From: Aurantimonas sp. HBX-1
Lineage (GTDB): Bacteria > Pseudomonadota > Alphaproteobacteria > Rhizobiales > Rhizobiaceae
Reading direction: 5' to 3'
Assembly: GCF_021391535.1 (NCBI RefSeq)
Contig: NZ_CP090066.1
Location: forward strand, 2,682,489 to 2,714,488
Length of the DNA stretch: 32,000 nt
Every line of letters begins with the position of its first letter. Within the stretch, counting starts at the first letter, position 1. The translations under genes were made by a program, and so were the position numbers. Of this stretch, positions 11,776 to 20,146 are shown piece after piece. The notes under the pieces are model-generated. The model searched no databases, was not told the origin of the DNA, and saw nothing but the letters and a program-made list of their open reading frames with translations.

Positions 11776-12270
11776 CTATTGCCGCGACCGTGCAAGATCG
11801 TCGAGCGCCGCCTCTTCCTCGGCCGAGAGCGCGGCGACAGCGCTTTCGCGGCGGCGCTGCCGGACGCTGGACACCGCGAAGGCGACGCCGGAGAGCAGCA
11901 CGACGACGGGCGTCGCCCAGAGCGCCAGCGTGCCCCACTCGAAGCGCGGCTTCAGCAGCACGAACTCGCCGTAGCGCGACACCAGATAGTCGATCACCTC
12001 GGCATTGGTATCGCCGGCGACCAGCCGCTGGCGCACCAGCACCCGCAGGTCCTTGGCGAGTTCGGCGTCCGAATCGTCGATGGACTGGTTCTGGCAGACG
12101 AGGCACCTGAGGCCCGCCGAAAGGTCGCGGGCGCGCGATTCCAGCGCCGGATCGGCCAGCACCTCGTCGGGCTGCACGGCGCCTGCGGGCGACATTACCG
12201 CGCCCGGAAGCAGCAGCAGCGCCAGCGCGATGACGGCGAGGATGCGGCGAAGGCGCGGCAGCAACGTCAC
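11776..12270 (-). CDS. ccmH: Cytochrome c-type biogenesis protein CcmH (CycL)
   Basis: CcmH signature [19 protein letters not shown] (LRCxxC), an N-terminal signal segment [16 protein letters not shown] and a C-terminal [19 protein letters not shown] place the start at GTG 12268-12270, overlapping the ccmF TGA (GTGA). The 208-aa ORF-track version adds an Arg/Ala-rich extension inside ccmF. Confidence 0.88.
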   Translation of the reverse strand: MTLLPRLRRILAVIALALLLLPGAVMSPAGAVQPDEVLADPALESRARDLSAGLRCLVCQNQSIDDSDAELAKDLRVLVRQRLVAGDTNAEVIDYLVSRYGEFVLLKPRFEWGTLALWATPVVVLLSGVAFAVSSVRQRRRESAVAALSAEEEAALDDLARSRQ

Positions 12271-14243
12271 GCCTCCGCCAGCCGCGGGCCGCGGCCGCGC
12301 GCCGGCGCGCCGACCCGCAGCCGCCGGTCGGCGAGCGAGACCGTGCCGCCGACGGCCATGAAGATCGCGCCGATCCAGATCAGCGTGATCAGCGGCTTCC
12401 ACCAGATCCGCACGACGATGCCGCCATCGGGCGCCGGATCGCCGAGCGAGATGTAGAGCTGCGAGAACCAGCTTGTGACGATCCCCGCCTCGGTCGTCGG
12501 CATCTGCCTTGCCGGGTAGAAGCGCTTGGCACTCTCCATCGTCCCGGCGCCGACCCCGTCCCGGCGCAGCGTGAAGGTGCCGACCTGCTCCTCGTAGTTC
12601 GGCCCCGCCCGCGCCGCGACGCCGTCGAACTGCACCGAATAGCCGCCTGCATCGACACTCTGGCCGGGCGCCATCGTCGTTACCGTCTCAGTCTCGAAGG
12701 CGGTGGTGGCGACGATGCCGAGCACCGTCACGCCGAGGCCGAAATGCGCCAGCGCCGTGCCGAAGGCCGACCGCGGCAGGCCGCGCAGCCGGGCCAGCCC
12801 GACGCGCCAGCCGACCTTGGCGAAATTCGCCCGGCCGAAGAGATCGACCAGGCTGCCGACCAGCAGCCAGACCGCCAGGCCGAAGCCGAGCGCGGCGAGG
12901 ATCTCGCCGCCGGAATTGGCGGCCACCGTCGCGAAGATGGCGAGCATCGCCGCGCCGACGGCGACATACAGCCGCTGCGCCGCCGCCAGCAGGTCGCCCC
13001 GCTTCCACGCGAGCAGCGGACCGAACGGCACAGCCAGCAGCAGCGGCACCATCAGCGGCCCGAAGGTCAGGTCGAAGAACGGCGCGCCGACGGAGATCTT
13101 CTCGCCGGTGAGAACCTCGAGCAGCAGCGGGTAGAGCGTGCCGATCAGCACCGTCGCCGCCGCCGTCGTCAGGAACAAATTGTTGAGCACCAGCGCGCCC
13201 TCGCGGCTGATCGGAGCGAACAGGCCGCCCGATTCCAGCGACGAGGCGCGGATGGCGAACAGCGCCAGCGAGCCGCCGATGAACAGGCAGAGGATCCCCA
13301 GGATGAACACGCCGCGCTCCGGGTCGACGGCGAAGGCGTGCACCGAGGTGAGGACGCCGGAGCGCACGAGGAAGGTGCCGAGCAGCGACAGCGAGAAGGT
13401 CAGGATGGCGAGCAGGATCGTCCAGATCTTCAGCGCCGAGCGCTTTTCCATCACCAGCGCCGAATGCAGCAGCGCGGTGCCCGACAGCCAGGGCATGAAC
13501 GAGGCGTTCTCGACCGGGTCCCAGAACCACCAGCCGCCCCAGCCGAGCTCGTAATAGGCCCAGTAGGAGCCCATCGCGATGCCGGCAGTGAGGAAGATCC
13601 AGGCCGCCAGCGTCCACGGCCGCACCCAGCGGGCCCAGGCGGCGTCGATCCGCCCGTCGATGAGTGCCGCCACCGCGAAGGAGAAGGCCACTGAGAAGCC
13701 GACATAGCCGAGATAGAGCAGCGGCGGATGGATCGCGAGGCCGATGTCCTGGAGGATCGGGTTGAGGTCCTGGCCCTCCATCGGCGCCGGTACCAGCCGC
13801 GTGAACGGGTTCGAGGTGGTCAGGATGAACAGCAGGAAGGCGGTGGTGATCCAGGCCTGCACCGCCAGCACGTTGGCCTTCAGGCTGGCCGGCAGGTCGC
13901 GGCCGAACAGCGCCACCAGCGCGCCGAAGAACACCAGGATCAGCACCCACAGGAGCATCGAGCCCTCGTGGTTCCCCCAGACGCCGGTGATCTTGTAGAG
14001 CATCGGCTTGAGCGAATGGGAGTTCTGGAAGACGTTCAGCACCGAGAAGTCGGACATCACGTAGGCGGCGGTGAGCGAGGAGAACGCGATGGCGAGCAGG
14101 ACGAAGCTGGCCGTCGCCGTCAGCGGTCCGGTCTCCATCAGCCGGGCGTCGCCGGTGCGGGCGCCGATCGCCGGCAGCACCGACTGCAGGAGCGACAGCG
14201 ACAGCGCCAGGATGAGCGCGTAGTGGCCGATCTCGACGATCAT
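12267..14243 (-). CDS. ccmF: Cytochrome c heme lyase subunit CcmF (CycK)
   Basis: 659 aa from ATG 14241-14243 ([12 protein letters not shown]...), with an ATGA overlap on the ccmE stop. It is a polytopic membrane protein with the Trp-rich WWD heme-handling motif [18 protein letters not shown]. The 847-aa ORF-track version is an out-of-context upstream extension. Confidence 0.93.
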   Translation of the reverse strand: MIVEIGHYALILALSLSLLQSVLPAIGARTGDARLMETGPLTATASFVLLAIAFSSLTAAYVMSDFSVLNVFQNSHSLKPMLYKITGVWGNHEGSMLLWVLILVFFGALVALFGRDLPASLKANVLAVQAWITTAFLLFILTTSNPFTRLVPAPMEGQDLNPILQDIGLAIHPPLLYLGYVGFSVAFSFAVAALIDGRIDAAWARWVRPWTLAAWIFLTAGIAMGSYWAYYELGWGGWWFWDPVENASFMPWLSGTALLHSALVMEKRSALKIWTILLAILTFSLSLLGTFLVRSGVLTSVHAFAVDPERGVFILGILCLFIGGSLALFAIRASSLESGGLFAPISREGALVLNNLFLTTAAATVLIGTLYPLLLEVLTGEKISVGAPFFDLTFGPLMVPLLLAVPFGPLLAWKRGDLLAAAQRLYVAVGAAMLAIFATVAANSGGEILAALGFGLAVWLLVGSLVDLFGRANFAKVGWRVGLARLRGLPRSAFGTALAHFGLGVTVLGIVATTAFETETVTTMAPGQSVDAGGYSVQFDGVAARAGPNYEEQVGTFTLRRDGVGAGTMESAKRFYPARQMPTTEAGIVTSWFSQLYISLGDPAPDGGIVVRIWWKPLITLIWIGAIFMAVGGTVSLADRRLRVGAPARGRGPRLAEA

Positions 14244-14731
14244 GAGCCGGCTCCCGCGTCCATCGAAACGGGCTTCGCCTCGGAATTGACCATCCCCTTG
14301 CCCTCCTCCCAGAGACCGCGCGCCTTCAGGTCGTCGACGACCTCCTTCGGCATGTAGTTCTCGTCGTGCTTGGCGAGCACCGTGTCGGCCATGAAGACCC
14401 GGTCCGGCCCGAGCGTGCCTTCGGTGACGACGCCCTGTCCCTCGCGGAAGAGGTCCGGCAGCAGGCCGGTATAGGCGACGGGCACGCTTTCCAGCGTGTC
14501 GGTGACGCGGAAGGTGACGTGCTTCGATCCGTCGCGGACCACCGACCCCGCCTCGACGAGGCCGCCGAGGCGGATCCGCTGCGTCGGGGCCGGGGCGTTG
14601 GCGACGATGTCGCTCGGCGAGTTGAAGAAGGCGACGGAGTCGGACAGCGCGGTGAGCACCAGGCCCGCCGCCGCGCCGATGACCACCAGGATCGCCGCGA
14701 TCGAGGCTAGGCGCTTGGTCTTGCGGGTCAT
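14240..14731 (-). CDS. ccmE: Cytochrome c maturation heme chaperone CcmE (CycJ)
   Basis: 163 aa with an N-terminal membrane anchor (LASIAAILVVIGAAAGLVL), an OB-fold body and the heme-binding His context VLAKHDENYMPKEV. The start overlaps the ccmI stop (ATGA). Confidence 0.93.
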   Translation of the reverse strand: MTRKTKRLASIAAILVVIGAAAGLVLTALSDSVAFFNSPSDIVANAPAPTQRIRLGGLVEAGSVVRDGSKHVTFRVTDTLESVPVAYTGLLPDLFREGQGVVTEGTLGPDRVFMADTVLAKHDENYMPKEVVDDLKARGLWEEGKGMVNSEAKPVSMDAGAGS

Positions 14732-15930
14732 GGCTGCGTCTCCTGCGCGGCGAGGCCGAGTTCCGTCCCCAAAGCGGCGATCTCCCGCCCGGCGGCCGAG
14801 TCCGCGGCAAAGGTCCGCGAGGCGGTCCGGAAGGCTTCGCCGGCCCGGTCGTCCTCGCCCAGCACCCTATAGGAACGGATCAGCCGCTTCCATCCTTCCA
14901 CGTCGTCAGGCTGGGCGGCGAGACGGTCGGCGAGCTGCGCCACCATGCCCTGGATCATCGCCTGACGGTCCGTCTCGGCCATCTGCGCCGCCGCCTCGAC
15001 ATCGGCGGCGGTCGGCCCCGACGCGGCCGGAGCCCCGCCCGCACCCGCCGCGGCTCCCGCACCGGAATCGGCCACGGGCGCGGCGCCGTTCTGGCGCGCG
15101 TCGGCGAGCGCGGCATTGGCGATCTGCATCCACGGCGCGTTCGGCGGGCTCATCTCGACGAGCTGCGACCACGCGACGGCGGCCTCCTGGTGGCGGTCCT
15201 CCTGCGACAGGTCGAGCGCCAGGAAGAACCGCGCCGGCAGGAAGGCGGGATTGATGGCGAGCGCCCGCTCGAAGGCGCCGCGCGCCTCGTCGGTGACCTC
15301 GCCGTCGGCCAGCTGGGTCAGCGCCTCGCCCAGCCCCGCCTCGCGCGGCGCCGAGGTGCCGAGCAGCCGGATCGCCTGGCGGAAGGCGTTGGCGGCATCC
15401 TCCGGCCGCTCCATGCGCAGGTAGATCGGCGCCAGCACGTCCCAGCCGCGGCCGTCCTCCGGCTCCGTCGCCAGCCGTTCCTCCGCGGCGGCGACCATCC
15501 GGCCGATATCGGGATCCGGCGTCTGGCCCGGCGCCTGGCGTCCGGCGAGCGGCAGGTCGGGAAGGCCGGGCGCGCCATAGAGATAATAGAGGCCGGCCGA
15601 ACTGAGCGGCACCAGCGCCACCACGGCGACCACCGTGGCGACGGCGCCGCGCCGCCGCCAGCCGCGCGGCCCGCTTTCGGCGGCGAGCTTGGCCTTGCCG
15701 GCGGCGCGCAGCAGCCGGCGCCCGATCTCGGCGCGCGCCGTCGCCGCCTCGGCGGCGGGCATCGTGCCGCGCTCGACATCGGCCTCGAGCTCGCGCAGCT
15801 GGGCGGAATAGACCTCGACGTCGTGCTCGGCGCGCGAGGCCACCTGGCGCGGCGCATCGGCAAACAGCGGCCACAAGGCGATGAGCGTCGCGGCAGCCGT
15901 CATGCCGGCTGCGACAAACCAGAAAATCAT
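14728..15930 (-). CDS. ccmI: c-type cytochrome biogenesis protein CcmI (CycH), TPR-containing
   Basis: 400 aa with two N-terminal TM helices (MIFWFVAAGMTAAATLIALWPLF; VATVVAVVALVPLSSAGLYYL) followed by TPR-like helical repeats. It is first in the ccmI-E-F-H order typical of rhizobial cycHJKL. Confidence 0.87.
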   Translation of the reverse strand: MIFWFVAAGMTAAATLIALWPLFADAPRQVASRAEHDVEVYSAQLRELEADVERGTMPAAEAATARAEIGRRLLRAAGKAKLAAESGPRGWRRRGAVATVVAVVALVPLSSAGLYYLYGAPGLPDLPLAGRQAPGQTPDPDIGRMVAAAEERLATEPEDGRGWDVLAPIYLRMERPEDAANAFRQAIRLLGTSAPREAGLGEALTQLADGEVTDEARGAFERALAINPAFLPARFFLALDLSQEDRHQEAAVAWSQLVEMSPPNAPWMQIANAALADARQNGAAPVADSGAGAAAGAGGAPAASGPTAADVEAAAQMAETDRQAMIQGMVAQLADRLAAQPDDVEGWKRLIRSYRVLGEDDRAGEAFRTASRTFAADSAAGREIAALGTELGLAAQETQP

Positions 15931-16151
15931 GCCACCCTTATACGAACAGCGGGAGCCGAGCGGAACAGGCCGGCGGACCCGGCTCTCGCTTCCCGCGGTT
16001 TCATTGCAAGACGCGGCGAGGCTCTAGCAGAGCGGGCGATGCCTGCCCATTCAAATCAAAGGGAAAGCGGGTACGTAGATTCCGCAGGTCGCCCATCTCT
16101 AGACGCCAGACAGCAGACGGGCACCTGCGGGCGGATGCGCAGTGACGCGAT

Positions 16152-16463
16152 CTAGGCCGCCTGATGCGCACCGGTATCTTGGAGCAGCGCGAGAATGCTC
16201 TGCGGCGAACGCTCGATCAGTAGCAGGTAGGCGCGCACGCCGCCGAGAGGCCGCGCCCGCCCCTGCTCCCACTCGCGGATCTGGTTGATGGTGAAGCCGA
16301 AGGCCGACGCGAACGCATCCTGCGACAGGCCCAGACGCCGACGCATGCCTCGGACGTCCAGTTCGGCAGGAACATGAAGCTTGACGGGCTTGAGCTCACC
16401 CCGCGCGATCCGAACCGCTTCGTCCAGACCCTCCGAAATCCTTTCGAAGGCCTCCTTGCTCAT
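16152..16463 (-). CDS. XRE-family helix-turn-helix antitoxin (HigA-2-like)
   Basis: 103 aa. The N-terminal segment is probably flexible and is followed by an HTH (LGLSQDAFASAFGFTINQIREWEQGR). Its ATG overlaps the upstream toxin stop (ATGA at 16460-16463). Toxin-first order matches HigBA-type modules. Confidence 0.85.
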   Translation of the reverse strand: MSKEAFERISEGLDEAVRIARGELKPVKLHVPAELDVRGMRRRLGLSQDAFASAFGFTINQIREWEQGRARPLGGVRAYLLLIERSPQSILALLQDTGAHQAA

Positions 16464-16822
16464 CTGTCCTCACCCACTTTCGTCACGCGTTGCTTGTACT
16501 CATCGACCAGGACGGCTGCCATGGCCTTGAGCTTGTTCCGCTCGCCGGCGGTCAGGCTGGCACGCTCGCCCTTCGAGAACACCGTAATGAGAAAGACGGG
16601 AACAGCCTCACCGGAATAGAAGGTGATGGTCCGATAGCCGCCGCTCTTGCCTTTCCCGCGACCGGCCACGCGAAGCTTCCGACACCCGCCGGTGCCCTTC
16701 ATCTCCTCGCCGGCAGCCGGGTTCTCGGCGAGGTAATCGACGAGAGCGTTGATCTCGCTCTCGGTCATGCCCGCTGCCCGGGCCGCGCGCTCGAATGCGG
16801 AGGTCAGGCAGACGGAGTGCAT
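16460..16822 (-). CDS. RelE/ParE-superfamily toxin (HigB-2-like mRNA interferase)
   Basis: 120 aa. The core GGCRKLRVAGRGKGKSGGYRTITFYSGEAVPVFLITVFSKGERASLT matches the conserved GKSGGYR...F.K.E..(N/S)L pattern I recall for this toxin family. It is paired with and translationally coupled to an HTH antitoxin. Confidence 0.85.
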   Translation of the reverse strand: MHSVCLTSAFERAARAAGMTESEINALVDYLAENPAAGEEMKGTGGCRKLRVAGRGKGKSGGYRTITFYSGEAVPVFLITVFSKGERASLTAGERNKLKAMAAVLVDEYKQRVTKVGEDR

Positions 16823-16829
16823 GGATCAG

Positions 16830-16857
16830 ATGATACGTAACTTACGTATCATGTCAA
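16830..16857 (-). promoter_or_regulatory. Near-consensus sigma70-type promoter of the TA operon (TTGACA-N16-TATCAT) with an embedded perfect 23-bp operator palindrome
   Basis: On the minus strand the sequence reads cgaTTGACAtgatacgtaagttacgTATCATctgatccATG. The -35 is at 16852-16857 and the -10 at 16830-16835. The palindrome ATGATACGTAA-C-TTACGTATCAT spans 16830-16852, covering the spacer and the -10. Only 7 nt without an SD separate the -10 from the toxin ATG (16820-16822). Confidence 0.6.
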
Positions 16858-16891
16858 TCGAGACAAGGCGCCCGTGAAGCCGCCCGCCGCC

Positions 16892-17320
16892 TTACGCCAC
16901 CGGCTTCCAGTAACCTTCCGCGGTCTTGCAGGCAGTGCCGACCGTCTTGGTCGGCTGCGCCGTGCCCTTGAAGGTGTGCGAATAGCCGCGGCAATCCTGC
17001 GAGCCGACGCGGTAGAGCTGCGTCGGCACCACCTCGCCGCTGAAGCCGTCGGCGGCCCAGGCGACCGGCTGGCCCGGCAGGCCGAACTGCAGCGCCTGGA
17101 ATTCCGCCTCCAGCGCCCGCGAGCGCGCCTGCGACGGCCAGGCGCGCGTCGCCTCGTTCTGGCCGATCAGGCCGCCGTCCAGCGCCGTCACGCCGGCCGA
17201 TGCCGCGCCGAAGCCGCCGCCGCCTCCCAGGCCGCCGCTGAGACAGCCGGCGAAAGGCAGCAGCAACAGCGGCACGGCGAGCTTCGACAGGGTGCGCATG
17301 GCGTTCATCCGATGGGACAT
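16892..17320 (-). CDS. Surface-antigen-like lipoprotein (RT0821/Lpp0805-type, glycine-rich N-region)
   Basis: Signal peptide with a lipobox (LLLLPFAG|C), then a Gly-rich stretch (GGLGGGGGFG) and the C-terminal pattern W...G..GEVVP...Y..G..CRGY.H.....GTAC....GYW typical of this family. Alternative in-frame starts exist at 17308 and 17299. The 283-aa ORF-track version extends into the kinase gene and is discarded. Confidence 0.75.
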   Translation of the reverse strand: MSHRMNAMRTLSKLAVPLLLLPFAGCLSGGLGGGGGFGAASAGVTALDGGLIGQNEATRAWPSQARSRALEAEFQALQFGLPGQPVAWAADGFSGEVVPTQLYRVGSQDCRGYSHTFKGTAQPTKTVGTACKTAEGYWKPVA

Positions 17321-17378
17321 TCTGCCGGCGGAGCGTCGGCGTCTTTCCGGGGGGAGTTCGTCGCTTCGCCCCGCGATG

Positions 17379-18764
17379 TCAAGCCGCCAGCGAACCGAGC
17401 GCGCGCGGCAGGGCGATCTCGGCGCGCAATCCGCCCAGCGTCGAACGCCCGAAACCCAGCGTGCCGCGATATTCCGCCACCATGTCGGAGACAATGGAAA
17501 GGCCGAGGCCGCTGCCCGGCACCGCCTCGTCGAGGCGCCGGCCACGCTTCGTCGCGACCGCGATCTCGGCCTCACTGAGCCCCGGCCCGTCATCCTCCAC
17601 GACGATCGCCAGGCGCTCCGGCGAGATAGCCGAGGCGCCCAGCCGGACGCGGCCCGTGGCCCATTTGCCGGCATTCTCGAGGAGGTTGCCGAGGATCTCC
17701 TCGAGGTCCTGCTGCTCGCCGGCGAACACCAGCTCGCCGGCATCCGCGGCGTCGAATTCCAGTTCCAGATGCGGGTTGAGCTTGGCGACGACCCGGGCCA
17801 GCCGCTCCAGCACCGGCAGCACCGGCGTGCGGAAGACCGCGCCCTCCGACTGCGCCGCCACCCGCGCCCGGTCGAGATAATGCTGCACCTGCTGGCGCAT
17901 GCGCTCGCTCTGGTCGGCGATGATCCGCCCGCGCTCGCCGCCCACCGCTTCCGCCTCGTTGACCAGCACGGCGATCGGGGTCTTCAGGGAATGCGCGAGA
18001 TTGCCGACCTGGGTGCGCGAGCGCTCGACGATCCGGCGGTTGTTGTCGATCAGCGCGTTCAGCTCGACCGCCAGCGGCTCGATCTCGCTCGGGAACCGCC
18101 CTGTCAGCCGTTCCGCCCGGCCGGTGCGCACCCGCGACAGCGCCCGCCGCACCTCGCCGAGCGGGCGCAGCCCGAACAGGATGGCGAGCACGTTGACCAG
18201 GACGGTGCCAAGCCCCACCGCCCCGAGGTAAAGCGTCAGCGTCCGGTCGAAGCGCGCCATCTCGGCGGCGAGCACGCTGGCATTGCCCATCACCCTGAAC
18301 CGCGCTGCATGGTTCTCGGCGTCGAGCACCACCTCGGTCTCCATGACCTTCAGCGTCTCGCCGTCGAGGCCCGGGATCTCGTAGCTGCGGCGATAGGCCG
18401 GATCGAACGGCGCCTCGGCCGTGGACACCTGCGGGATCGACAGGATGCCGAGCGAGCCCGACGATAGGCGGCCGCGGGTGTTCTCGCTCGCCGGCAGCAC
18501 TTCCCAGTACCAGCCCGACAGCGGCTGCACGTAGCGCAGGTCGCCGAGATCGGGCGAGCCGGAGAGGAAGCCGTTCGCCCCGATGCCGACGCTGTTCACC
18601 AGGTTGTAGAGCTGCGCGGTCAAAAGGTCGTCGAAGCCTTTTTCGGCCGTCTGCGCGTAGAGCGACGAGATCAGCCCACCCGCCACGGCAAGCGCCAGCA
18701 CCGCCCACAGGCTCGACAGGACGATGACGCGGGCGGTGAGGGACCTACCGGCCCGGGTCAGCAT
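17379..18764 (-). CDS. Two-TM sensor histidine kinase (PhoQ/RstB-like architecture)
   Basis: 461 aa. TM1 is VIVLSSLWAVLALAVAGGLI; a periplasmic domain follows; TM2 is LYLGAVGLGTVLVNVLAILF; then HAMP. H-box is VGNLAHSLKTPIAVL; N and G boxes are LLENAGKWA, VEDDGPGL, GSGLGLSIV. It overlaps the upstream regulator gene by 20 nt. Confidence 0.9.
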   Translation of the reverse strand: MLTRAGRSLTARVIVLSSLWAVLALAVAGGLISSLYAQTAEKGFDDLLTAQLYNLVNSVGIGANGFLSGSPDLGDLRYVQPLSGWYWEVLPASENTRGRLSSGSLGILSIPQVSTAEAPFDPAYRRSYEIPGLDGETLKVMETEVVLDAENHAARFRVMGNASVLAAEMARFDRTLTLYLGAVGLGTVLVNVLAILFGLRPLGEVRRALSRVRTGRAERLTGRFPSEIEPLAVELNALIDNNRRIVERSRTQVGNLAHSLKTPIAVLVNEAEAVGGERGRIIADQSERMRQQVQHYLDRARVAAQSEGAVFRTPVLPVLERLARVVAKLNPHLELEFDAADAGELVFAGEQQDLEEILGNLLENAGKWATGRVRLGASAISPERLAIVVEDDGPGLSEAEIAVATKRGRRLDEAVPGSGLGLSIVSDMVAEYRGTLGFGRSTLGGLRAEIALPRALGSLAA

Positions 18765-19416
18765 CGCGCATCCTGTAGCCCTGGCCGCGCACGGTCTCGA
18801 TCAGGTCGATGCCGATCTTCTTGCGCAGGCGGCCGACGAAGACCTCGATCGTGTTGGAGTCGCGGTCGAAATCCTGGTCGTAGAGATGCTCGATGAGCTC
18901 GGTCCGCGAGACGATCTGGTCCTGGTGGTGCATCAAATAGTCGAGCAGCCGGTATTCGTGCGAGGTCAGCTTCAGCGGCGTGCCGTCCAGCGTCACGCGC
19001 GAGGCGCGCATGTCGAGCCGCAGCGGCCCGCAATGGATCTCCGACGAGGCGTGGCCGGCGGCGCGGCGGATCAGCGCCCGGACCCTCGCCAGCACTTCCT
19101 CGACGTGGAACGGCTTGGTGACGTAGTCGTCGGCGCCGGCGTCGATGCCGGCGACCTTGTCGCTCCAGCGGTCGCGGGCGGTCAGGATCAGCACCGGCAT
19201 GCGGCGCCCTTCCCGGCGCCAGCGCTCGAGCACGCTGATGCCGTCCATCACCGGCAGGCCGACGTCGAGGATCACCGCGTCGTAGGGCTCGGTGTCGCCG
19301 AGAAAATGCCCCTCCTCGCCGTCGAAGGCGCGGTCGACCACGTAGCCGGCGCCGCCGAGCGCCTCGGTCAGCTGCCTGTTCAGAGTCTGGTCGTCCTCGA
19401 CCACCAGGATGCGCAT
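18745..19416 (-). CDS. OmpR/PhoB-family DNA-binding response regulator
   Basis: 223 aa with a receiver domain (MRILVVEDD, DAVILDVGLP, LILTARD) and a winged-helix domain (LLDYLMHHQDQIVSRTELIEHLYD...GQGYRM). An SD (AGGGGA) lies 8 nt upstream of the ATG. Confidence 0.92.
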   Translation of the reverse strand: MRILVVEDDQTLNRQLTEALGGAGYVVDRAFDGEEGHFLGDTEPYDAVILDVGLPVMDGISVLERWRREGRRMPVLILTARDRWSDKVAGIDAGADDYVTKPFHVEEVLARVRALIRRAAGHASSEIHCGPLRLDMRASRVTLDGTPLKLTSHEYRLLDYLMHHQDQIVSRTELIEHLYDQDFDRDSNTIEVFVGRLRKKIGIDLIETVRGQGYRMRDADPGR

Positions 19417-19459
19417 GAATTCGTCCCCTGCTAGTGCCGTCCGGCGGATCCCGCCCCGA

Positions 19460-19783
19460 TCAGGGCCGGATCGTCACCGTCTCCTTGCGCGGCCGGCCGC
19501 CGTCGGTGCCCGGAATCAGCACGGTCACCACGCAGACGGTCTGCCCGCCCTCCTCGCGGCTCGACACCGAGAGAACCTGCCCGCCGGTCTGCGCCGCCGC
19601 CTGCGCCGCCGCGCCCGAGCAGTCCGCTTGCGCGATCTCGAAGCTGTCGTCGGGGCGTTCCGACCAGTCGAAACCCTGCACCCTTTCCGCCACCGGAACT
19701 TTCGCCCCGGTCGTCGCCGCGCCCGCCATGCCGGGCAGCATCAAGGTCAGGAGGCAGGCGATGAAGAGGCGCAGTGGGGTCAT
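19460..19783 (-). CDS. Secreted PepSY-domain protein (first gene of the PepSY-RR-HK module)
   Basis: 107 aa with a signal peptide (LFIACLLTLMLPGMAGAA). The C-terminal segment AAQTGGQVLSVSSREEGGQTVCVVTVLIPG...TVTIRP resembles the PepSY fold pattern. It is co-directional with and 43 nt upstream of the regulator. Confidence 0.65.
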   Translation of the reverse strand: MTPLRLFIACLLTLMLPGMAGAATTGAKVPVAERVQGFDWSERPDDSFEIAQADCSGAAAQAAAQTGGQVLSVSSREEGGQTVCVVTVLIPGTDGGRPRKETVTIRP

Positions 19784-19870
19784 GTGGGCCTGATGTGAGC
19801 CGGAAGGGCCGCCGGGCGGTGAAGGGCGTGTCTCTAACTAGCAGCCGGTCGCTGAACGACGAATGAATGT

Positions 19871-19896
19871 AGGCGGCGAACTTTCGTCCGCCGCCT
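19871..19896 (-). terminator. Stem-loop 11 nt downstream of the last GTA-cluster gene (candidate cluster terminator)
   Basis: The minus strand reads AGGCGGCGGACGAAAGTTCGCCGCCT: an 8-bp GC stem, one mismatch, 2 more bp and a tetraloop. It is followed by the moderately U-rich ACAUUCAUUCGUCGUU rather than a clean U-tract. Confidence 0.4.
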
Positions 19897-19907
19897 CGTG
19901 GCCCATG

Positions 19908-20114
19908 CTAGCGGAGCGTCTTCTGCGCCGCCAGCCGGCCGATGATCGCCACCACGGCGCCGATCGCTGCCGCGGCGCTGGTCAGCGACACCGTCAGCGC
20001 CTCGTGAGTCGCGGCATCGAGCGTGACGCCGAACAGGCCGGCTAGCGCCGCGACGAGCGCGACGATGCCGCCCCAGACGCCGCGCGACTGGTACCAGGGT
20101 TTGTCTTCGTTCAT
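19908..20114 (-). CDS. Small two-TM membrane protein downstream of g15 (holin-like topology; function unknown)
   Basis: 68 aa: MNEDKPWYQSRGVWGGIVALVAALAGLFGVTLDAATHEALTVSLTSAAAAIGAVVAIIGRLAAQKTLR. It has two hydrophobic helices and a basic C-terminus. A strong SD (AAGAGGAGA) lies 5 nt before ATG 20112-20114, and the gene starts 32 nt after the g15 stop. Confidence 0.6.
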   Translation of the reverse strand: MNEDKPWYQSRGVWGGIVALVAALAGLFGVTLDAATHEALTVSLTSAAAAIGAVVAIIGRLAAQKTLR

Positions 20115-20146
20115 GCGCGTCTCCTCTTGCTGGTTTCTTCGCGGGC

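Noticed and set aside
12271-12402. N-terminal extensions of ORF-track entries. Examples: ccmH to 12402, ccmF to 14810, lipoprotein to 17743, g10 to 27571, g6 to 29380, capsid to 30674, protease to 31515.
   Set aside because: The extensions run into the upstream gene in another frame and are Arg/Ala-rich. They also precede internal starts that either overlap the upstream stop (ATGA/GTGA) or have a proper SD, and that give family-typical lengths and N-termini.
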